A stretch of DNA of 36,013 bases from Psammoneis japonica. Its lineage: Eukaryota. Made by a program: the position numbers and the translations under genes. The DNA lies in contig QPGO01000083.1 of assembly GCA_008632985.1 (NCBI GenBank), forward strand, positions 62,001 through 98,013, given 5' to 3'. A model generated the notes under the pieces. It made no database searches and was not told the origin of the DNA. It was given only the letters and a program-made list of their open reading frames with translations. Shown in pieces: positions 24,551 to 34,286 of this stretch. Each line of letters begins with the position of its first letter. The first letter of the stretch is position 1.

Positions 24551-24626
24551 GGCTGCACAAGGAAAGCGCACCCGACAATGTCCTTGGGATCAAAGACTGG
24601 CATCTCAGGCATCCCAGCAAATCAGC

Positions 24627-24690
24627 AAAATCCTGCTCAAATTCTGTCACTCTTGATTTTGCTTGAGGAAGCCACTGAAACATGTTCGAA
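24627..24690 (-). repeat. Fragment of a further PPT/LTR junction of the same Copia family
   Basis: CTCAAATTCTGTCACTCTTGATTTTGCTTGAGGAAGCCAC matches 18580-18620. Confidence 0.7.
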
Positions 24691-26267
24691 GTCAGAAGAA
24701 AGACAATGATTCTGCTGTCCAGTTCCTGGCACACAAGGTGGAGTTGCCAAATCTGAGGAATTGTGGCAAGCTCCTGTCCACACCTGTTCTCCTTTTCCTG
24801 TCATCTTCCCACTGGCATTTTGAGCCAAGACTGCCACTGGATCTGGCCACACACCTGCTTGATGCCCTCCCAGAAGCCCCAAGATGGCAGGGCATGATTG
24901 TCTTGTTGAAGGTCTCTCAGTGAAGTTGGAGCTGGACGAGTGCTGGGAGTGGGGGTCAACACAAATGCTGCTCCTTCTGCCAACACCAACAAAGCCATCA
25001 AAGTCAGAGCCAAGATGCCATCTGTCTGTGCTTCTTGATGGCCAATGCACTCCAGCAGCTGTGCACATGTGTGAGTGTGTGCTGCACAAAAAACAGACAA
25101 TTCTCTTCAATTTTTGCTCAGTCACCAACTTGCCACATGATTGCTTCATTGAGTGGCATTAAAGAACAGTGTCTTCCCTTGCACATTTGCCAATGTTTTG
25201 TCACACTTGCAAAAACCGCTGCAGCACACAAAAACGAGTGGCTGCTTTTCATTTCCCGGCGTTTTCATTGTGTGCTGGTTGCATTGCTGCACAATGGTTC
25301 ATTGACTTTGGGAGCAATGTTCTGTTTGTGCTTGTGAGCAAATGAGTTGTCAAAACACAACAAGTGAGTTTGAGGTGCATCTGCAATGTTGCAAATCAAA
25401 CAGTTTTTCTTTTGGCTGGCACAAAGAGCAATTTTGAACCATTGACAAAAGTTGCACAGTTCACAGGCATGCCACATGTGAAACTTTGCATGGAGTGACA
25501 CACTTTTTTGTGCAAGTCACCACAGCGGTGTGCAGTTGTTGTTTTCAATGGGTTTTCTTGATTTTGTGACTGCAGCAGTGGCACCAAATGACAAGCATGT
25601 GGAGCAAACACAACATGTTTCATGAAGAAAATGTGGTGAGTTGTGGTGTTTTTCATGCCCAAAACAGACATGTTGCATTCACAGGATTTTGCATGTTTTT
25701 CATGCACCACAGAAAGCCAGGGCACAAGGTCCCTGAAACAGATCTGTGTGGCACAGAAATGACCACACAGAGTTGAAAGCATTGACCAAGAAGAGGGTGC
25801 AAAAATTTTGCACTTAAAAGTTGGTTGCTGAAATCTCTGCAAGTTTGCAGCTGCTGCACTGAACAAGAGAGAAATGGGGCTTGCAAACAAAACAAAATTT
25901 TGTTGCTCTGATGGCATTGTGTTTTGTTCTCATGAAGCGGAAAGCAGCCAATGCTTTGTGCCGCCAATTTGCTGTTGTGCTGCAGGTGTGCTGTTTGTTG
26001 CTTGTGTTGGGAGTTTGCTTCTCACCAATCATTTGGCAAAATTCCATCATTGGATGATGTCTGCTGCATGGGCTCTCAACAAAGTGTTGGTCAAAAATCT
26101 GAAAACAGAGCTTTGAAGCATTTGTGAATGGAATCATGTTGCTCAGACAAACACTGTCATGTGGAGTGTCAATGGTTTCAGGGGAAAAGCATTCCTTGAG
26201 TCTGAGGCATCAGCCAAGCAGAGAAGCACAGCAGAAGCACAAGAAAAACATCGGCCCAAACCCTTTT

Positions 26268-26288
26268 TGTGTGTGTGTGTGTGTGTGT
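26268..26288. repeat. (TG)10 microsatellite
   Basis: Direct reading; flanked by T runs. Confidence 0.9.
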
Positions 26289-26799
26289 TTTTTTTTCAAC
26301 AAAAGAAGTCCATGTGATTTTGGACCAGTGCACATGGCTGTTGTTGGGAACAGGAAAAATTGGCAGCAAAGACAATGGAGCATCATGAGACCAAATTTGC
26401 CAGAAGACATTGCTTGTGGTGTCAACCACAGCTGGAGGAGATGCTGACAGAGAAAGATCAGGGAGAGACTCCAGGGGACACAGAGTCTGCTGCATTGTGA
26501 GAGGGAGCACATCAAACAAGCCAGTGTTCAACCTGATGTGCAAAAACTCTTCAGACTCCCAATGATGTGCATGAAAGGACATGCACATCTGTGGCAAGAC
26601 TCTGCCCACTGACCCAGTGGAAGCTGCAGTTCAGAGGTGTCATCTTCACAAAACAAGGAACACAATGCTCAACGCCATTTCCAAGCACTGTTGCAGATGG
26701 AAGTGCTTGCTTGACTGGGCTCAGAGAAGATGTGCTCCTGAGGAGAGCGTGCTGGCCATCCAGCTTGAATCTGTCCACAGAATGACCATTGGGCAGAGC

Positions 26800-29700
26800 A
26801 GCATCAGACATGGCAAGAGCTCAGAGATGCAGACAGCAACAGCTCACCCAGCGCACTTTGCGATCTGAAAACAGGCCAGAATCTGGTGACACACATTGTT
26901 GAAATTGATGTGTGCAGTTGTGCAAACAAGAAAGGAGCAAAGAGAAATGAACCATCAAGACTCATGAGGCAACTTGTTTGAGTGCACATCATCAAGAAAA
27001 CTGATGCCAGTGCCCAGATGAAATTGAGTCCAAACGACCATGATCTGGGACAAAACTTGAGGTTGGCCTGCACCATGCCAATGTCAAAGGAACTACAGAA
27101 CTTGAGCAATGCACTGCTCAACATCCAAAGATTGGAGGCCTCTGCCTCCCGGAGCACAGGAGCTGCATGGGGCATCTCTCTCAGTGTTGGCTTGCAGTTG
27201 TGGCTGCACTTGGCATGAATCACACTCACTGCTTTCTGCCAAGTCTCCAATGCAAAAGCTCCTTTTTTGAGAAATGGGTGTTTGGAAAAACACATGCAGC
27301 TGGCAACAAACTGCAGGCAAGATGGCAAGTTCACACCTTGTGTTTTGTTGATCTAAAGGGCACAACTGGAGGAACAAATTGAGTTTTCTGAGTGCCCGCT
27401 GGGAGCTTGTGATGACCGAGTCTCTTGTGTGAAGAGCACACTGGCAGTTGTGTGCTGGAGCACTTGGTGGGGTGATCTGTTGAGCACACTTTAATGTTGA
27501 GCTCTTTGTCATGCAGATGGAGGTGGGGCTTGCCATCATCAGAGAACATCCACTCAATGGAGTGAAAGGAGCAACACTTGGGCAACTCAAGCTCATGATG
27601 TGCAACATTGAGAAGGTTGCACCAGAGTTGATTGTCCTCCTTCCCTTTTAGAGAAAGGACTCCCTTGGATTGGTTTTTTTTTTTGCACTGGAGTTGCACA
27701 TCACCTGGCACTGGCAGAACATGTCAACTCAGCAAAATCCGAGATCCCAGTTTCAAGTGCTCTACAAATGAATCCTGGTGTGACTTTGTGTGCATGTTGG
27801 ATTGCTCTATTGCTGAGTGAGTTCTTTCTAGACAAGATCTGCAGTGGGGTGAATCTCATCACTTTGGAGCTGCAAAATGTGATGATCCAAAGCACTGTTG
27901 CATGACCCAATTTTGCTGTCTCCAGCTCTCACTGCAGTTTGCAAATGGAGAGCACTGACAGACACAGAGAAGCAAGGAAAAAGAACAAGCAAAGCTGAGC
28001 AAATGTTCTGTGATTGACCAGTTGCTCATGTGATCCAGAAAACACAAGACAAGGCCAGCTGCGTCCAGAGCCACAGCACTGTTTAAATCTGGCATGTTGC
28101 AGATGATGAGCTTTGCCTTGTGCTGGACGATGTTCAGCCCAGTTGTTGTGTCATCTCCTTGGCAATGTGTGGCATGTTGTGTGAGAGTCAAGGCCTGTTG
28201 AGCAGCACCAAAACAGTGTTCAATGTGCCCACCAGTTGGTTTGCAGGGGGCATGGAATGAGCCTGCGGACAGCACCATGTGGGGACAACCTGCCATGCCA
28301 CCAATTGTCTGCTGCATGAGTTTTCATTTGTGTGCTTGTGCATGGAACAACAGGTTGTCAAAGCAAAACACCTGCAATGGCAAAACAATGTGCCTTGGCC
28401 AATGTCTTGCAAGATCAAGCAAATGAAAGATGCGAGTCAGGATGTTGTCACTCTGCCATGGTTCCACATTTCCACCCAAGAAATGCTCAGCCTCACACTC
28501 AGTTTTTTGTGCAATGACAGTGCACAGTCCAACCTTTTGGACATCATGCAGCTCAATTTTCCCAAAGTTTTGGTTGCACGGTGTGGCAAACATGGCAAAT
28601 TCACCCAAATCAACAGCGTCCCCATGCATGACAACATCTGCTCTGCACTGATGTGGGAGTCTCCTGTTTTAGCATCTGGGTTGGTGGGCTTGAGTGTGGA
28701 GCGGCTGTGCTTTTGTGTCAGTCTCCAAGAACCTCTGTCTCTCTGCTCTGGCAGTTTGCTTGAGATGGCTTGTGAAATCAACCTTGGCAGCAGCACAAAA
28801 AGACACCAATCTTGGAAGCCATTGCTTTTGGAAATGAAGTGCAAGTGGTGGCTGTGGGCACACCACATCTCAGAGTGCCTGCACACGATGGTTTCCTTTT
28901 GCCATTCTTCAAGTCAGCACAAATGGCAAAGATCTTGTTCACAATGTCCCCAAAGACAAGTCATCCCATGGCTTGCCCCAGCGACTCTGCTGGACACTTG
29001 CACCCCCTCCTCCCACCATCATTGTGTTGTCACTGCACTTCTCATTTTGCACTTGTTGTTGATTGTCAGACGGAGAAAATGTGATGGCTGTGCAACCATG
29101 TGCCCACTGGTGGCACAAACGAGGGACAATGGAGGGGGAAGAGCAAATGCGAGCATGTTTTGTGTGCAAAAATTGACAAGTGATTTGCAGTTTGCAGCGT
29201 GCCTCAAGAAAACATTCATCGTTTGTTCACGCCTCACATTCTGCATGTGTGAAAAACAAGAACAAGTGTCTGGGGCCAAACAGAAAGTGGGAAAGGCAGT
29301 GAATGTTGAAAAGTTGGGCAGTGCCAACTTGACAAAGGAAGAGCAAGAAGAAGTCCCAGACTTTGGCACCAATGCTTTCAAGTTTTGTCAAGCACCTGCT
29401 GAAAACCCTGCTGCGTCCAGCGGTGCCTTTTCTTCTCTTGTTGGCAAGCAAGGGCTTTTTGGGCACTTTTTCAATCACCCAAGCTGGGAGAGATCATGCA
29501 AAATTCATCTGAGACATGGTGACTGCAGCAATTTTGGCTTAAAGATGCTCAACTGAATGAACAGCAGAGTTCTCAGAACTTTGTGGCTGAGGTTGCAAAA
29601 GCCATCGTCTGTGCCCTGGAGCTGCCCCCCTGTGGAAGATTTGTGGCACTGCTGTTCTGCTGCTTGGCACTGTTTTGTGGTGCCATCACATCTCTGAACA

Positions 29701-29960
29701 TTGCAGCATCTTTCATCCTGCCATGTTGTGCCACTGCAATGGGTTTGTGTGCAACACCTGCGAGCCTCACAAGCAGCTCACAGAGGGCCGGGCTTCTTCA
29801 GTGTCACCGAGGTTACCCAACAGGAGCAATGTCCTTTCTCAGCTCTGCTTGCAATTCTCCAAAATGTCAAGCTGTCTCAAGCTGGATCTTGCAATTTGCA
29901 AGCCCTGGTTTTGTGTCATTATTTGAAAACAATGCTGAGAGCACCCTGACGGTCATTGGT
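26800..29960 (-). pseudogene. Heavily hypermutated, unidentified coding remnant
   Basis: Colinear minus-strand protein-like fragments (MTVRVLSALF..., DAVDLGEFAMFATP..., QQTIGGMAG..., ELELPKCCSFHSIEW) separated mostly by TGA stops and frameshifts. No family recognised. Confidence 0.3.
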
Positions 29961-30197
29961 TGTCACACGACATATAACGACTCGACGACTCGTTCGTTCT
30001 TTCAATCAAGTGGCTTCGCATTTCTCACCCAGCGGCGTACGAGCACAGTGCTACATTACCGTACGTAGGCGTTGCTACTGTAGCACGTACCTGCAGCAAT
30101 CTCACATAACACACAACAAATAACAAAACAAAATAATCCCACCAAACGAAAAGAAGGTAATCAAAGTAAAGACAATACTTGTAACACAGACGCAATC

Positions 30198-32666
30198 ATG
30201 CGGCGTTCCTTTGGTGTCGTATTCTTGTTGAGTGCTATGGCATGTTCCGGCTTGCGGGACTTGCTTGGCGTTCACCATGCCAGCTGCTGGTGTCTTGCCG
30301 AGGAGGAGCGAAAAGAATATCATCCCAAGCGGGGGCTTGCTGGGTTGTTGAGAACCAGATCCAATGGTTTACAAGATCTTCAGCCTCTGGCGAAGAGGAA
30401 TTTGGCACTATCAAGGGAAGAGAAGATTGAGAGGTGCTTTGCCTGGTGTACCAAGAACAAACCGAGCGGTGAAAAGAGAGAGAAATGCGAAAACGGATGC
30501 CAAAATAAGTTTGATGTAAACGCTGACGAATCAGGATCCAATCCGTTTATCGTAAAGCGTCGACCATTCAGTGCATCAGATGCCAAGGGGTACAAGAGCT
30601 GCAATGCCCTAAGAACGGATATCACAAATGCTTTGAAATCGCTAGCGAATTCCATAATCTTTGATGAAAGGAATGATTATTACAATCTCAGACCAAAAAC
30701 AAGCATTACAACGGCCCTGCCGGACGTTACTGCAGCAAGCAATGCAGAACCAGAGGATAGTTTTGAAACGAACAACCAAGAAGCAGGTGTGGACGAGGGA
30801 GACATTGTCAAGTCCAATAGCGAAGTTGTTTGTGCTGCGTATGGTGACATCCTATATCAATGGGATGCTACAACAGGAAAGGTGCTGACTCGTACTACCA
30901 TGACCACCACCATCCCTACTAGGCGTGAGCTGAGCGTCATCTACCCGCCACACACTTCCAAGCCTCAGATCAAGGCGCTACTTCTTCACGAGAATCGATT
31001 GGTTGTGATTGTCGGTTGGTACCAGAGCTATTACCGCATAGACCCAAGGATTCTAGGAGGACAAGAGAAGCTACAGCTTCGTGTTTATGACATTTCTGAA
31101 ATGAACCCAGGCGTTGTTGACAAGAGTGGTGTTCCAGAGATGAAGTTGCTCGCACTTCAGGACATGCAAGGGCGATACATTGCTTCCCGGTCCATCTCGG
31201 CTATTGGACACATTGTTACAATGTCCAATTTGAATTGGCATCAACATTACTCGCAGTATCTTCAGAGATATGCAGAAGATTATCAAGGAATGGACACAGA
31301 GACGTACCGAAGAGCTGCAAAGGCCAAAGCGAATGCCCTCATCCCCACTGTCATCAAACGACTTGAAGAAGAGTTAGGTTTCGCTGGAAACTGCCGCAAC
31401 TTCGCGAAGATATCGTCCTTGACGACAGGCAGCACTACCGAGGACAAGGTACCGGGATTTTACCACAACACTGAGATACTGACAACTTTGACCAAAATCA
31501 CAAGCTTCGATATAAATGAAGACTTTGATGACAACAAAATCACTCTTTCGTCAATGAATGCTTTTCTCCCGACGCACTCGGTCGATGTGTACGTATCACA
31601 AGATGTCCTCGTCGTTGCCGGACGAGGCTGGAGGCAGTGGTTCAACGACTGGCGCAACTGGAAAGAACGCACTTACCTATTTGTATTTGAATTGCAAGAC
31701 GATGGAAGTGCTGCGAAGGGAGTGGGTGGTGCGGAGGTTGCCGGATATGTTCTGAATCAGTTCTCCATGGATTTCTATGACGGTTATTTGCGGGTGGCTA
31801 CCACGAACAGTGCTCAATGGAGCTGTCTCCCACCAACCACTCGTGACGAATCAACTCGAACCTGCACGTGGCAGATCATCAGCGACTCTTCAAGTCAGAT
31901 ATCCATCCTTGACTTCAACAAGCCATCAGGAGATGATTCAAATAGTTTTGGTGAACTCGTTGGGTTTGCGGAGGGTCTTGGTAAGGGAGAACGGATATAT
32001 GCCGTCAGATTCTTTGACGACAAGGCCTTTGTCGTGACCTTTCGCCAGATTGATCCACTATACGCAGTAGATTTGAAAGATCCTACCAACCCTGAAGTCA
32101 AGGGCGAGTTGAAGATAACGGGTTTCTCCAACTATCTGCATCCCGTCGATGACGACAAGCTCATCGGAATCGGACAAGATGCGGATGAAGACACCGGTCG
32201 TACCACTGGTTTTCTCGTGAGTTTGTTCAACGTTTCTGATCTGACTGCTCCGAGTTTGGTGCAGCGATACAAAGTGGATGCTCCTTATTCGTACAGCGAT
32301 GCACAGGGGAACCATCTTGCCTTCCGCTACCTACAGAGGTCAAAGGTTCTTATTGTCCCTCTTCAAATCTACCTCTATGGTCATCGACACAACTATGACG
32401 GCTTCAGCTTGTACCGCGTTGACGTCGATGGCATCGAGCCTCTTTTCAACATATCGCACGTTGAACCTAGCCGCATCATTAGCTGGCGGACATACTGCTG
32501 GTACAACGCACGCATCCCCGCAAGGAGTTTGGTTCACAAGGGGCAACTGACGACAATGAAGAGCCACACTGTTCAAATCTACGATCTTGCCACTCAAAAA
32601 CATTTAGCAAGCATCAACTTGGATGACGGGTTACCTCACGAGAACTGTTATGGCTATTGGGGATAG
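30198..32666 (+). CDS. Secreted beta-propeller domain protein (PF09826/COG4880-like), copy B, intronless
   Basis: 822-aa ORF colinear with and highly similar to spliced copy A, with the same motifs. Confidence 0.95.
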   Translation: MRRSFGVVFLLSAMACSGLRDLLGVHHASCWCLAEEERKEYHPKRGLAGLLRTRSNGLQDLQPLAKRNLALSREEKIERCFAWCTKNKPSGEKREKCENGCQNKFDVNADESGSNPFIVKRRPFSASDAKGYKSCNALRTDITNALKSLANSIIFDERNDYYNLRPKTSITTALPDVTAASNAEPEDSFETNNQEAGVDEGDIVKSNSEVVCAAYGDILYQWDATTGKVLTRTTMTTTIPTRRELSVIYPPHTSKPQIKALLLHENRLVVIVGWYQSYYRIDPRILGGQEKLQLRVYDISEMNPGVVDKSGVPEMKLLALQDMQGRYIASRSISAIGHIVTMSNLNWHQHYSQYLQRYAEDYQGMDTETYRRAAKAKANALIPTVIKRLEEELGFAGNCRNFAKISSLTTGSTTEDKVPGFYHNTEILTTLTKITSFDINEDFDDNKITLSSMNAFLPTHSVDVYVSQDVLVVAGRGWRQWFNDWRNWKERTYLFVFELQDDGSAAKGVGGAEVAGYVLNQFSMDFYDGYLRVATTNSAQWSCLPPTTRDESTRTCTWQIISDSSSQISILDFNKPSGDDSNSFGELVGFAEGLGKGERIYAVRFFDDKAFVVTFRQIDPLYAVDLKDPTNPEVKGELKITGFSNYLHPVDDDKLIGIGQDADEDTGRTTGFLVSLFNVSDLTAPSLVQRYKVDAPYSYSDAQGNHLAFRYLQRSKVLIVPLQIYLYGHRHNYDGFSLYRVDVDGIEPLFNISHVEPSRIISWRTYCWYNARIPARSLVHKGQLTTMKSHTVQIYDLATQKHLASINLDDGLPHENCYGYWG

Positions 32667-32799
32667 CTGGTTCTACATGAATCTATACTGGAAGGAGGCA
32701 AAGAGGAGGGTGCATATGATTTACATGTGATGGAAGCAATACACATACGTATATTTTATTAGAGTTTTTCTTTCAAGTTGATTGCATCATGGAGCGATA

Positions 32800-33055
32800 T
32801 CTATGGCCATTGATACAACTATGATGGCTTTAGCCTGTACCGCGTTGACGTCGATGACATCGAGCCTCTTCTCACAACATATCGCACGTTGAACCTAGCC
32901 GCATCATTTTAGCTGGCGGAGCTACTGCTGGTACAATGCTCGCATCCCTTCAAGGCGTTTGGTTTCACAAGGGGTAACTGACAACAAAATGAAGAGCCAC
33001 ACTGTTCAGATCCACGACCTTGCCACTCAAAAACATGTAGCCAGCATCAACTTGG
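32800..33055 (+). pseudogene. Partial third copy of the 3' end of the beta-propeller gene
   Basis: CTATGGCCATTGATACAACTATGATGG...CATCAACTTGG matches ~32375-32622 with several small insertions and a CGA>TGA change. Confidence 0.9.
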
Positions 33056-33074
33056 TGTAGGCTCTCTGGGGACA

Positions 33075-34100
33075 GCTCCGAGGCTTCCCGGCTCCAACCA
33101 CGTAGCTTTCACGCACTTGATAGTGTGAATCTCAGCGTCGTCAAACGGCAATGTTTGGCGTCTACCGCTCAGGTTGTCGACCCAAGTTGCAAGGGCTCCC
33201 GTTCACAAGACGGGTGGATACCGAGACACCAGACATTTGCAACTGGGAGAAGAATGATGGAGCCTTCTGCGCGGTTCGAGTATGCAAGCTGAAAGTCCGA
33301 AATGGCGCTGCCTTGCCCCACTAAATAGCACAATAAAAATGCCCTAGCTTCATCCTGATACAGCCAGCACTCGCAGGGTGCAAGCTCCGGCTGTTTCAAA
33401 TTGGCGCCGTGCATTGATGTTTGCTTCTTCTTCTTCGTCACTAATCATTTCTGATGTAAAACAACAGGATGGGACATTTCTTACAGTAGCACAGGCTTCA
33501 TTGCTTGATTGGAGGCACTGACAAGACCGCCACGGGGGGCTAGACCGCAGGTCGGCCCTTCGCACACATTATGGTAGAATTCCTTTCAGAGCTTTCGCCA
33601 TAGTTTGGAGAAAGAATTGAATGTGTCTTGTTTTGCCGAGAGTAGAAAGGCAAAGGTGTCATCATTATAGCTCGCGAGATTATGGTTGAAGGTTTCTCCC
33701 CACTTGGTCAAGGATTGCATGTAACCCATCTCTTGGACGAATCAGCTCCGGCTCTTGTCTCTTGTGTCGTTGTTTCCTACTTGTACCAGTAGGCACTTGG
33801 TAAGCTGCAGCGACTTGTCTAGATCAACCGTAGTTTGCGATGGATCCTTCTCTACACGTGTCCCTTTCGATGCATAATAGTCGCGAGCACTGTCTCGAAG
33901 ACTGTCCAAGCCAACTCGTATCCACTTGGAGCTACGAATGGGACTATTGGCAATGATCAAAGCCATCGTATCAACGTCGTCAGACGAAGTCGACAGCAAG
34001 GGACTGATGAAATGGTGTGCACGTCGCATTCATCGGTACAGTAGTTTCTTCTTCTTCCTGAAAAGTCGCCCTGCAAGATTCCAATATATTTCGCATCGTA
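33075..34100 (-). pseudogene. Decayed unknown ORF (TpA-intact paralog of 17245-17900)
   Basis: Long minus-strand frame with scattered stops (…MALIIANSPIRSSKW…MGYMQSLTKWGETF…) and nucleotide homology to 17245-17620. Confidence 0.45.
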
Positions 34101-34286
34101 AGGAGCTCTTGTGTAAAAAAGCCGAAAGACGGAATCTTGATGGACTCAAAAAAACGAATCTTTCCTCGCACATTCAACATGCTGCAACCTGCATCCCACG
34201 CAATCAAGAGTTGTCGCAAAAAGCAAACAGGTGGAAGGAGGTGTCAAAACAACGTTGACAGCAGCAGACAAATCAGAACACGCACC

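Larger units (their letters stand above)
18328..24625 (-). mobile_element. Outer CoDi-type Ty1/Copia remnant (3' LTR plus pol 3' half), interrupted by a nested element
   Basis: LTR 18328-18593 (TGACAG...CTGTCA) with PPT AAAATGAGGAG on the minus strand. RT motifs ADIGNVHL, KALHGL and VHVDDL (YVDD); RNase H tail FGDQKSV...HKRH. Pol resumes at 24556-24625 (MPVFDP). No 5' LTR found. Confidence 0.85.

Noticed and set aside
28279..29556. 425-aa plus-strand ORF and the many 60-350 aa overlapping ORFs in 8.8-13.4 kb and 17.4-30 kb
   Set aside because: Explained by loss of TAA/TAG stops; Cys/His-rich, Tyr-free, no recognisable domains.
17400..29960. CpG deamination or fungal-type RIP as the sole cause of TG/CA richness
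   Set aside because: CpG decay contributes but cannot remove TpA or cause Tyr>His/Cys; RIP would increase TpA.
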